From NCBI GenBank assembly GCA_035557715.1, contig DATMDQ010000016.1, positions 568 through 64,567 on the forward strand: DNA of 64,000 nucleotides. The letters are read 5' to 3'. This document shows positions 42,678 to 50,750 of this stretch, in pieces (positions within the stretch are counted from its first letter, which is position 1; the number at the start of each line of letters is the position of its first letter). The position numbers and the translations under genes were made by a program. The notes beneath the pieces are model-generated. The model had not been told where the DNA came from, made no database searches, and worked only from the letters and a program-made list of their open reading frames with translations. This stretch comes from Gemmatimonadales bacterium (lineage in GTDB: Bacteria; Gemmatimonadota; Gemmatimonadetes; Gemmatimonadales; GWC2-71-9).

Positions 42678-44492
42678 TTACTTCGCGAGCGGGGAGTTCT
42701 TCAGCGCGAAGACGGTCAGAACGCCGCCCTGGTTGCTGAAGTTGCCCGCGTCGCCGAAGGCGCCGAGCGCGCCGAGACCGGCGGTCGGATCTTCAGCGCC
42801 GATGCCCGCGGCCACGCCGATGCCGGCCCAGCCACCGATGCCCGAGAGCACGGCCACATACTGTTGGCCATCGGGACCGTTGTAGGTCATCGGGTTACCA
42901 ATGATGCCCGACGGGGTCTTGTACTGCCACAGGCTCTTGCCGGTCTTCTGGTCAAGCGCCTTGAGCCAGCCTTCCATGGTGCCGTAGAATACGACGCCAC
43001 CGGCCGTGGTGAGCGCCCCGCCGTAGGCGGCGAGGTTTTCCTTGTTGGACCACACGGCCTTGCCCTTCATCGGGTCCCAGGCAATGAAGTTGCCACGGTG
43101 TCCGCCGGGGCCGGGGAACATCCGCACGATCGCGCCGACGTACGGCTGACCGGCGGTGTACTTCACTTCGACGCCCTCGTAGTCCATACAGATGTGATTG
43201 GCGGGGACGTAGAAGAGACCGGTCATCGGCGAGTAGGCCGCCGGCTGCTGATCCTTGAAGCCGATCGCCGCGGGGCAGATGCCCTCGGTGTTCTTCTTCG
43301 AGGTGGTGCCATACTTCGGATCCTTCTCCGGCACGCCGGTGGTCAGGTCGACCCGCTTGGCCCAGTTGACCGGACCGTAGGGCTGGGCAACGAGAACCTT
43401 GCCATTGGTGCGGTCGAGGGTATAGCCGAAGCCGTTACGATCGAAGTGCGCCAGCAGCTTCTTCCCGCCGCTCTCGAAGAGGACGTTCTCGTTGACGCCA
43501 TCATAGTCCCACTCATCGTGCGGCGTCATCTGGTAGGCCCACTTCACCTTACCGTTGTCCGGGTTACGAGCGAAAATGGTCATGGACCACTTGTTGTCGC
43601 CCGGCCGCTGGTCAGGATTCCAGCTGCCCGGGTTACCGGTGCTGTAGTAGAAGAGGTTCAGCTCTGGGTCGTAGGAATACCAGCCCCAGGTGGTGCCGCC
43701 GCCACGCTTCCACTCATCACCCTGCCAGGTCGAAACGCCGAGATCCTTGCCCTTGTGTGACGGATAGTTCGCGTTGGCATCGCCTTCGATCAGGACTTCG
43801 CTGTCCGGACCGGTGCTGTACCCGCGCCAAACTTCCTTACCATCGTTGATGTTGTACGCCGTCACGCGGCCGCGGACACCGAACTCACCGCCCGAGATAC
43901 CGGCGATGACGATGTCCTTGATCACGATCGGGGCGTTGGTCATCGTGGAGCCCTGCTTGTAGTCGGCGTTCTTCACCTTCCACAGCTCTTTGCCGGTCTT
44001 GGCATCGAGCGCGAGCAGCTCACCCTGGAGCAGCTGAATGAAGATCTTGCCGCTGGGGTGATACGTGGTCCCACGGTTTACCAGGTCGCAGCACGCGATT
44101 GGAATCGCGTCGGGCGACTGGTTGGGGACGTGCTTCCAGATCAACGGCGCGCCGGCCTTGGAGAGATCCAACGCGTACACGATGTTCGGGAAGGACGTGT
44201 GCACGTACATCACGTTGCCGATCACGAGCGGGTTGCCCTCGTGTCCCCGAAGCGTCCCGGTCGAGAACGACCAGACGGGCCGGAGCTCGGCCACGTTCGC
44301 CGTCGTGATCTGCTTCAACGGGCTGAACCGCTGGAGGCTGTGATCACGACCGGGCATGTGCCATTCGCCCTCGGGCGCATTCTGGGTCCAAACCCCAGAC
44401 CGCGCCTGCTGGGCATCGGCTGACAACGCTACGGCTGCTGATAGACCCGCGGCGAGCCCGCCGGACACCACTTTCTGCGCAAAACGGTTCAT
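42678..44492 (-). CDS. xoxF: PQQ-dependent methanol/alcohol dehydrogenase, XoxF type (lanthanide-signature)
   Basis: Start ATG 44492 (GAGG 8 nt upstream) with a signal peptide. Vicinal Cys (PIACCDLVNRG). PGDNKWSMTIFARNPD...PHDEWDYDGVNE has the D-Y-D motif of XoxF rather than D-Y-A of MxaF. Eight-bladed W-motif propeller. Confidence 0.95.
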   Translation of the reverse strand: MNRFAQKVVSGGLAAGLSAAVALSADAQQARSGVWTQNAPEGEWHMPGRDHSLQRFSPLKQITTANVAELRPVWSFSTGTLRGHEGNPLVIGNVMYVHTSFPNIVYALDLSKAGAPLIWKHVPNQSPDAIPIACCDLVNRGTTYHPSGKIFIQLLQGELLALDAKTGKELWKVKNADYKQGSTMTNAPIVIKDIVIAGISGGEFGVRGRVTAYNINDGKEVWRGYSTGPDSEVLIEGDANANYPSHKGKDLGVSTWQGDEWKRGGGTTWGWYSYDPELNLFYYSTGNPGSWNPDQRPGDNKWSMTIFARNPDNGKVKWAYQMTPHDEWDYDGVNENVLFESGGKKLLAHFDRNGFGYTLDRTNGKVLVAQPYGPVNWAKRVDLTTGVPEKDPKYGTTSKKNTEGICPAAIGFKDQQPAAYSPMTGLFYVPANHICMDYEGVEVKYTAGQPYVGAIVRMFPGPGGHRGNFIAWDPMKGKAVWSNKENLAAYGGALTTAGGVVFYGTMEGWLKALDQKTGKSLWQYKTPSGIIGNPMTYNGPDGQQYVAVLSGIGGWAGIGVAAGIGAEDPTAGLGALGAFGDAGNFSNQGGVLTVFALKNSPLAK

Positions 44493-45009
44493 AACTGACC
44501 TCAGGGAAAAGTGTGATTCTCCTGCTCTACAGCTAACTGGTGCGGTGCTGCGGGACTGAAAATCAGAAACACACAGGGGAGGGCTGCGCTCGAATGTTAG
44601 GATCATCGAGCGGTGACTGTTCGCAGCCCTCGAAAGCTGGATGTGACTGGGTTGGGAGGAAGAGGACGAGCTGGAAGGATACAGGGACCTGCAATTTGGC
44701 ATGGACGAGACATGAGCAGGCCAGCGCACTTCGGGCCACCCGTTGCGCGCGGCATGCGCGGCCGTCGGGTTCACCCTCGATGGAATAGCGCGAGCGAACG
44801 GGAACAAGCCCATCTCATTCCTCAGCAACGTCGCTGAACTACATTGTGCGTCAGAAATAGAATACGCCCGGGGAGACGGAACTGGATTTCCTGATCATGC
44901 CGCCGTCGATATCCCCCAATTTTTCCATCCAGGAAGGGCCGCCCAAGAGGATAGGGCGAAAGCCCTCTAATGCCTGCCAAATCAGCCGGTAAGGTGGGCT
45001 AGGGGGGTC

Positions 45010-45038
45010 AGTATACACCCTGAAAAATGAACTGTCAA
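45010..45038 (-). promoter_or_regulatory. Near-consensus sigma70-type promoter (TTGACA-17 nt-TATACT) directed toward xoxF
   Basis: Minus strand: TTGACA (45038-45033), 17-nt spacer, TATACT (45015-45010). The -35 hexamer abuts the stop codon of the RFAP synthase gene. It lies ~510 nt upstream of the xoxF ATG. Confidence 0.4.
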
Positions 45039-46013
45039 TTAGGGTGGTACTAGATATTTACCCCTCCAGACCTGGGCCCCGCGCGCCGCAACCCCCCCCT
45101 CGAAAACGACCCCGCCAGGGGCCATGGTCCGGCGGACTCGCTCGGCCAATTCCTGGCCCGCCTGCTCGGTGTCTACCAGCCCATACGCTGCCGGACCCCA
45201 GGAGCTCTGACCCACCCCTGCGGCACCCCAGGCAGCCATATCCGCCACCAGGCGTTCGGTCGGTCCAGGAGCAAAGACCCCTCCCTGCGACGCCGCGAAC
45301 CAGGCCCCCGTGATGCGCTGGATCGCCGAGAGAGCCTCTCCGAAGCTGGGGAGGTCCGCCTCGACCAACGCCGGCAGTAGCTGCATGAGAACCAGGTGGG
45401 AGACCTGCTCGACCTCCCGATCGGCCGGCGGAGGTAGCTGCTCGAAGGCGCTCGACTCCGCCTCGCCGCTCAGCCCTCGGGGACCGGGCGGAACAGCGAC
45501 GACAAACCGCCAGCTACCGGGCACCGCGAAACGAGCCAGTAATGGGGCGATCTCCTGGCTCCCAACCCGCCGCCCTCCCTCGACGATGAACCCTCCGAGC
45601 GCAAAGGCCCAGGTGCCAATCGCCGAGCGCTTGCCCCGGTCCACCGCCCGGGCCAGCTCGACCGCGTCGCTGGGTAAGCGGTGAAGCTCGGCCAGGGCGC
45701 GCGCCACCGCCAACCCCAGCTGGGTTCCGGAGCCCAGACCGGCATGGCTGGGAATCGCCCGGTGAATGATGATTCGGCCGCCTTCGGGCAGCCGGTGGAA
45801 GGCCAGGAACCGGCGGGCGAATTCGGTCGCACGATCCGCGTCGGGGCCTTCGGCGGTCAGCGTTGTGGCGGGTGCGACTTCCAGGAGCAGCGAAGGGGAG
45901 GGAATTGCGGCCCCGAGCCCACCAAAGTGACGGCCCAGCCTTCCGCCCAGATCGAGTACGCCAAAATGGAGGCGCGCCGGCGCTTCGACCCAGACCCTAC
46001 CGGGACTGGACAT
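45039..46013 (-). CDS. mptG: Beta-ribofuranosylaminobenzene 5'-phosphate (RFAP) synthase, H4MPT biosynthesis
   Basis: GHMP-kinase-like fold. VEAPARLHFGVLDLGG..GR.FGGLG..I..P and HAGLGSGTQL motifs typical of MptG. Confidence 0.85.
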   Translation of the reverse strand: MSSPGRVWVEAPARLHFGVLDLGGRLGRHFGGLGAAIPSPSLLLEVAPATTLTAEGPDADRATEFARRFLAFHRLPEGGRIIIHRAIPSHAGLGSGTQLGLAVARALAELHRLPSDAVELARAVDRGKRSAIGTWAFALGGFIVEGGRRVGSQEIAPLLARFAVPGSWRFVVAVPPGPRGLSGEAESSAFEQLPPPADREVEQVSHLVLMQLLPALVEADLPSFGEALSAIQRITGAWFAASQGGVFAPGPTERLVADMAAWGAAGVGQSSWGPAAYGLVDTEQAGQELAERVRRTMAPGGVVFEGGVAARGAQVWRGKYLVPP

Positions 46014-46542
46014 AGTCCGTCAGGAGTGCCATCGCCTCTTGTTCCCTGGGTCCGGCGGTCTTGTCTACAATGACCTGCAGCCGGGTGTACTCATCGCGGA
46101 TCTGTTCGGCTGGAAGCAGGTGGGTGCGGGTGGCAAGAATCGCCGCTTCCAGTACGGCATGCCTGGCTCGGTTGAAGCCTATGAACTCACGATTGACCCC
46201 CCGATGCACCACCCGGGCCTCGATGCGCGACCGGGGCGGGGTGGCATCAATGGCCAGGACCTCGAGCTCCCGCCAGGAGCACGCGGCCTCGAGCACGGCG
46301 CCCTTCACGACTGCCGAAGGTACCCAGGGAAACTGTGGGCTTGATATGGCGCCCTGAGCGAAGAGCATGACATCGTCAACGAGATTGACTACCGCCGCCC
46401 GGGTGGCGCGCAGGTTGCCAAAGGTGCTGGTCGTCAGAAATGGCTTCAAAACGATGATCTCCTCGTCCCACTCGACCCCCATGGGAGCAAAATTGATGGC
46501 CCCAGCGGCGTCCAGCGTCGTGACGATGGTCTCGAGGATCAC
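45997..46542 (-). CDS. DUF447-family protein (H4MPT-pathway associated, FMN-binding split-barrel-like)
   Basis: GTG start at 46542 overlaps the pabA stop (GTGA). ILETIVTT.D..G..N.APMGV... is typical of DUF447. The longer ORF-track version (to 47055) overlaps pabA in another frame. Confidence 0.8.
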   Translation of the reverse strand: MILETIVTTLDAAGAINFAPMGVEWDEEIIVLKPFLTTSTFGNLRATRAAVVNLVDDVMLFAQGAISSPQFPWVPSAVVKGAVLEAACSWRELEVLAIDATPPRSRIEARVVHRGVNREFIGFNRARHAVLEAAILATRTHLLPAEQIRDEYTRLQVIVDKTAGPREQEAMALLTDYVQSR

Positions 46543-47213
46543 CGGACCAGATCCACCGGTGGTGGGGAGGTGGCGAGAGTGCTCACCTCTGAGCGTTGCG
46601 GGACCAGCACGCCGTCGGCTGCCTGAGGGAGAGCTCGCGGTACGGTGGAGACTCCATGGAGAAAGTGATCGAGCAGGCGATAGCCGTGCTCGGTCAGCAC
46701 CGACTCGGGATGGAACTGCACTCCGTAGACGGGATGCTCGACGTGCTGCACCGCCATGATCTCGCCATCCTCCGACTTGGCCGTGATAGTGAGGGAGGCC
46801 GGCACCGAAGCCGGGGCAATCACCAGCGAGTGATACCTCGTGGCCAGAAACGGGGTGGGCAGGCCGGAAAACAGTCCAGTGCCGACATGATGGATGCGGG
46901 AAGTCTTGCCGTGCATTGGGGCGCCGGCCCGCAGGATCTCCCCGCCGTAGGCGGCGCCGATACACTGGTGACCTAGACAGACGCCGAGAACCGGAATCGA
47001 CGGCCCCAGCTGGCGGACCACCTCGGTCGAGATACCGGCTTCCCTGGGCGAGCACGGCCCGGGGCTGATCACGATGTGGCTGGGCGCCAGGGCGCGAATC
47101 CCGTCGATGTCGATCGCATCGTGGCGGCGGACCAGCGGCGTCTCACCCAGCTCCCGGACGTAGCGGGCGAGGTTGTAGACGAATGAGTCGTAGTTGTCGA
47201 TTAGTAGAATCAT
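46539..47213 (-). CDS. pabA: Glutamine amidotransferase component II of aminodeoxychorismate/anthranilate synthase
   Basis: MILLIDNYDSFVYNLARY...GVCLGHQ...FHPES (Cys-His-Glu triad GATase-1). Confidence 0.85.
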   Translation of the reverse strand: MILLIDNYDSFVYNLARYVRELGETPLVRRHDAIDIDGIRALAPSHIVISPGPCSPREAGISTEVVRQLGPSIPVLGVCLGHQCIGAAYGGEILRAGAPMHGKTSRIHHVGTGLFSGLPTPFLATRYHSLVIAPASVPASLTITAKSEDGEIMAVQHVEHPVYGVQFHPESVLTEHGYRLLDHFLHGVSTVPRALPQAADGVLVPQRSEVSTLATSPPPVDLVR

Positions 47214-47295
47214 CAGAGTCGCCAGTCACCAGCCATGGGTCCCATCACGCAGAGCTCACCTAGACTGGCGACCGGCGACTGGCGACCGCCGACTG
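47214..47295. repeat. Inverted repeat with a tandem heptamer GGCGACY (array 47264-47295; partner 47214-47234)
   Basis: cagagtcgccagtcaccagcc ... gactggcgaccggcgactggcgaccgccgactg. The array spans the pabB stop and encodes its SAVASRRSPV tail. Confidence 0.8.
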
Positions 47296-48816
47296 ATGAC
47301 TCTCCACCAACGTCTCAATCAGCCCACGCGCCTTGTCCAGCGTCTCCCGGTACTCCAACTCTGGGTCGGAATCGGCCACAATGCCGCCGCCGGCCTGGAA
47401 GTATACCTGTCCCCCGAGGGCCAGATACGTCCGGATGACGATGCTGGTATCCATGGCACCGGTGGCGCTCACATAGCCGATCGAGCCGCAATACACCCCT
47501 CGCTGGGTCGGCTCCAGCTCCGCGATGATCTCCATCGCCCGTACCTTGGGTGCTCCGGTGATCGACCCGCCGGGGAAGGTGGCGCGGATGAGCTCCACCG
47601 CTCCCGATCCCGGCTCGATCTCACCCACGACGGTGGAGACCAGGTGATGCACCGTCGGGTGATGCTCCAGTGCGAAGAGCTCGGGAACTCGAACCGAGCC
47701 CGGCCGGCATACCCGCGAGAGATCATTCCGCAACAGGTCTACGATCATCACATTCTCCGCCCGATCCTTCTCACTCTCGGCCAGGGCACGCCCGAGCGCG
47801 GCGTCATGCATCGGCCCCAGGCCGCGGGGCCGGGTTCCCTTGATGGGCCGAGTTTCGATGCGCCGGCGGTCCTCATCCAGACGGAGGAAACGCTCGGGGG
47901 AGGCACTGAGGACCGCTACCTCGTCGAAGCCGAGATAGGCGGCAAACGGCGCGGGGTTCAGGTGTCGGAGTCTCTGGTAGAGCTCGAAGGGAGGCTCGTC
48001 TGACCGGCACTGAAACCGCTGGGAGAGATTGGCCTGAAAGATGTCGCCGGCCAGGATGTACTCCCGCACCCGCGCCACCGCCTCGAGGTAGGCTCGATGG
48101 GTAAAGGTCGAGCGAAGGCCAATCTTCTCCGCCCCCCCGATGCCCATGACCGGGTAAGAAGGGACAGCTGGGCTGCGGGGCAGCGGGGCAGTGCGTGAGG
48201 CCTGTCGCGCCGATGCTGCCTCGCCGCCCACCCGCCCGTGCGCGGGTACCCGCCCCACCGTCCGTCCCCCCAGCCGCTCCCGCACCAGGTCCATTCGCTC
48301 CCGCGCCCGCCGGGCCTGAGCCTCACCGCTCTCGGGAAGGCCAGTCGAGATCAGCCACGCGGTGCCGATCCGATGGTCCCACGCGATCACCCAGTCGTAG
48401 AGGCCGAGCACCACATCGGGAACAGCCAGATCGTCGTACCGGGCGCGGGGAAGTCGCTCCAGCACGGCGCCCCAGTCGTACCCGATGTATCCCGCGATGC
48501 CTCCCTGAAACGGAGGGAGCCCGGGCACCGGCTGGGTCGGCTGAGCAGGGAGCAGCGCCCGGGCGACACCCAAGGCATCGCCCTCTACGGGAGTCCAGTG
48601 ACCGCCTGGGAGGCTCCGGATCTCGGTGTCGGGTCCTTTGCTGCGAACCACCTGCAACGGATCGGCCGCAAGGAAGGAGTACTGGGCATCGGCATGCTGA
48701 GTGGCCGCACTGTCGAGGAACAACACGTAGGGAAGATCGAGAAAGCGAGCGCAGACTTGGGCGGGGTCGTCCGTACGGCCGAGCGGCTCAACCAGCGGCG
48801 GAAAACCTGTGGTCAT
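47260..48816 (-). CDS. pabB: Chorismate-utilising enzyme component I, most likely aminodeoxychorismate synthase
   Basis: Chorismate-binding domain (PIKGTRPRG...ENVMIVDLLRND...FPGGSITGAPK.RAMEII.ELE). PabB versus TrpE cannot be separated by eye. Context (RFAP synthase needs pABA) favours PabB. Confidence 0.75.
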   Translation of the reverse strand: MTTGFPPLVEPLGRTDDPAQVCARFLDLPYVLFLDSAATQHADAQYSFLAADPLQVVRSKGPDTEIRSLPGGHWTPVEGDALGVARALLPAQPTQPVPGLPPFQGGIAGYIGYDWGAVLERLPRARYDDLAVPDVVLGLYDWVIAWDHRIGTAWLISTGLPESGEAQARRARERMDLVRERLGGRTVGRVPAHGRVGGEAASARQASRTAPLPRSPAVPSYPVMGIGGAEKIGLRSTFTHRAYLEAVARVREYILAGDIFQANLSQRFQCRSDEPPFELYQRLRHLNPAPFAAYLGFDEVAVLSASPERFLRLDEDRRRIETRPIKGTRPRGLGPMHDAALGRALAESEKDRAENVMIVDLLRNDLSRVCRPGSVRVPELFALEHHPTVHHLVSTVVGEIEPGSGAVELIRATFPGGSITGAPKVRAMEIIAELEPTQRGVYCGSIGYVSATGAMDTSIVIRTYLALGGQVYFQAGGGIVADSDPELEYRETLDKARGLIETLVESHQSAVASRRSPV

Positions 48817-50312
48817 ACCGGCTCGCGGCCGCTGCCTTGCTTACCGGCTCTCCCGCTTCCCCGCTTCCGCGCTTCCCCGCCTCGCGCCTTCTGCGACCGC
48901 TGGGTCAGCTTCACGTGCTCCGATTTGACATCATCAGGAGGGGTTAGGTAGCCCCAACTGAGGGCGCCCTCCTGCCGGTAGGTCTTCCCCAGGGTGATGG
49001 CAAGCTTGGCCTTCATGAGCTCCCGTCCCAGATAGAAGGCGTGGGTGGCCTCATCGACGCGTAGCTGCGAGAAGATCTCCTGGATGTCCGTCCCCCGGAC
49101 GAAGATCTCATTGTTGAAGACGGTGATCGTCTGCCGGTCGGTGAAGATCCTGAAATTGGGATCCTTGACCTCCGCCTGAAGGCGCCTGAGCTCGGCCTCG
49201 TCGTACTCGAGGATGACGGGATCCTTGACGGTGAGAAGCCGGTCGTCGATGCCCTTGGGAGGAATGCGGTGGGTGAGCGAGTAGTGCATCAGCCGGCGCG
49301 CGATGTCGACCTCGCGCACCGCCCCGCGAGCCCAGTTGATGACCTCAGTCGTGAGGACAGCCCGTACCCCGGTCTCTTCGCAGATCGCCAGCAGCAGCGC
49401 GTTCACCCCGGTGGTGTCGGCGCTGGTCAGCTCGGTGATATTCCCGATCCCCATCAGCTGGGCTCCCGCCGGGTAGCGCCGGTGGATCTCGGTATACCGC
49501 TCCAGGGATGCCATGAACCCGAAGCCGATCGGCTCGATGATGGGGTCGATGAGGTAGCGGACACCCCACCGCTCCAGTGCCTCGATGCTACGGTCGAGTG
49601 TGTCCAGTCCCTCGCCGAAGTCGGGGATCACCACCACACCGCAGTCCGTGCCGGCCAGCTCCTGAGCCACCTCGAGGTTGGAAGAGTTCACACTGAGAAC
49701 CAGCTCGGCACCCGCCTCCACCGCCGCGCGAATCTCTCCTGGGTCAAAAGAGTCCACGCTCACCCGGATCCCGGCCTCTCGCAGCTCACGCACCACCGCG
49801 CCCAGGTCGGGGAAGGGCACCCCCGGAGTACAGCCGATATCGATGAGATCCGCCCCGCTGGCGCGGAAATAATCGGCGCCGGCCCGGATCTCGGCCCGGG
49901 TCAGTTTCGGCGCGTTGTTGATCTCAGCCAGGATCTCGATGGAATAGGAGCCGTAGTCCGGAGCGGCAGCGGCTTGCCCGAAGTAGCGGGGGATCTCCCG
50001 GAGGTCCTTCGGCCCCTTCTCGACCCGCACCCCGAATCGCTCCCGCAATACCATGGTATCCCCTTCGCAGAGGCCGGGAATCAGCACCAGGTCGGTCTCT
50101 GCTGGAACCTCCAGGAAGCGGGCGATCCAGGGAGTGGTCATCAAGGCGGCCACGGTGATTTTCATGACCGCCACGTCCGGCTGAAATGGTGGCTGCATTT
50201 CTTTCAGCACCCGCCGCAGCGCGGGTTCCGCGAGCTTTCCGGTGACGAACAGGACGCGGCGGACGGGCGGACGGGCGGACGGGCGGTCGGAAGACTCGGA
50301 ATCAATCGGCAT
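48813..50312 (-). CDS. Dihydropteroate synthase-like pterin-binding protein (H4MPT biosynthesis type)
   Basis: Start ATG 50312. The N-terminal domain (VLFVTGKLAEPALRRVL) is fused to a pterin-binding TIM barrel (ADLIDIGC...SVDS...). N- and C-terminal tails are encoded by G-rich repeat arrays. Confidence 0.75.
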   Translation of the reverse strand: MPIDSESSDRPSARPPVRRVLFVTGKLAEPALRRVLKEMQPPFQPDVAVMKITVAALMTTPWIARFLEVPAETDLVLIPGLCEGDTMVLRERFGVRVEKGPKDLREIPRYFGQAAAAPDYGSYSIEILAEINNAPKLTRAEIRAGADYFRASGADLIDIGCTPGVPFPDLGAVVRELREAGIRVSVDSFDPGEIRAAVEAGAELVLSVNSSNLEVAQELAGTDCGVVVIPDFGEGLDTLDRSIEALERWGVRYLIDPIIEPIGFGFMASLERYTEIHRRYPAGAQLMGIGNITELTSADTTGVNALLLAICEETGVRAVLTTEVINWARGAVREVDIARRLMHYSLTHRIPPKGIDDRLLTVKDPVILEYDEAELRRLQAEVKDPNFRIFTDRQTITVFNNEIFVRGTDIQEIFSQLRVDEATHAFYLGRELMKAKLAITLGKTYRQEGALSWGYLTPPDDVKSEHVKLTQRSQKARGGEARKRGSGRAGKQGSGREPV

Positions 50313-50358
50313 ATGATCCGCGCTTAAGTTCGGTCCGCCTGTCCGCCTGTCCGCCCGC
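50256..50358. repeat. Inverted arrays of the tandem octamer GGGCGGAC (50256-50290) and its complement (50331-50358); family copy 2
   Basis: gcggcggacgggcggacgggcggacgggcggtcgg ...40 nt... cggtccgcctgtccgcctgtccgcccgc. The 40-nt spacer contains the ATG (50312-50310) of the DHPS-like gene. Confidence 0.9.
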
Positions 50359-50721
50359 TTATTTCGGCTCTCCGGGCCGAACCCATTTGTTCGGGGTGCC
50401 CTCGAGCGCGCCGCCCTGCGGCTTCCACAGGATGACCTCCTCGATCTTCCGGGCCAGCTCGAAGTCCTTGTCCGATATGCCACCGGCAGCGTGATTCTGC
50501 AGCTTCACGATGACTCGTCCCCAGGTCACGCTCAGATCGGGGTGGTGATATGCCGCCTCGGCCAGGTAGCCGATGGCGTTCACCAACATCAGGGTGGTGG
50601 GCCACCCGTCGGTTTTGTACACCCGGCGGATCCAGCCGTCTTCGTAGTACCAGCCGGGCAACGCCTTCAGTCGCTCGGCGATTTCGGTTTCGTTGTAGGT
50701 TCGCTCTTTGGTCGCAGGCAT
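50359..50721 (-). CDS. Pterin-4a-carbinolamine dehydratase (PCD/DCoH)
   Basis: ATG 50721 preceded by GGAGGCAAC. L.GW......I.R.Y.......TL..VN.IG.LAE...HHPDL...WG.V are PCD family motifs. Confidence 0.9.
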   Translation of the reverse strand: MPATKERTYNETEIAERLKALPGWYYEDGWIRRVYKTDGWPTTLMLVNAIGYLAEAAYHHPDLSVTWGRVIVKLQNHAAGGISDKDFELARKIEEVILWKPQGGALEGTPNKWVRPGEPK

Positions 50722-50750
50722 GTTGCCTCCTTGATAGCTAATAGCTCCCT

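Noticed and set aside
39230-43760. Long + strand ORFs (39230..40294, 40135..41136, 40140..41435, 41594..42739, 42510..43760) opposite the xox operon
   Set aside because: They are antisense to the clearly recognisable XoxF, XoxJ, cytochrome c, pentapeptide and YVTN genes. They show no family resemblance and have biased Arg/Gly/Pro composition.
44493-44828. N-terminal 112-codon extension of the xoxF ORF (start 44828)
   Set aside because: The extension has a poly-Ser run and no signal peptide. ATG 44492 has a GAGG Shine-Dalgarno sequence and is followed directly by a typical signal peptide and a mature XoxF-length protein.
44493-45038. Sigma-54 (TGGCAC-N5-TTGC) promoter upstream of xoxF
   Set aside because: TGGCA-containing sites (for example ttTGGCAGGCATTAGAGG on the minus strand) lack the -12 TTGC element at correct spacing. 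No convincing match was found.
46543-47055. Upstream 170 codons of the 352-aa ORF 45997..47055
   Set aside because: It overlaps pabA in another frame and is Arg/Pro/Ser-rich. The DUF447 homology begins at the GTG (46542) that overlaps the pabA stop.
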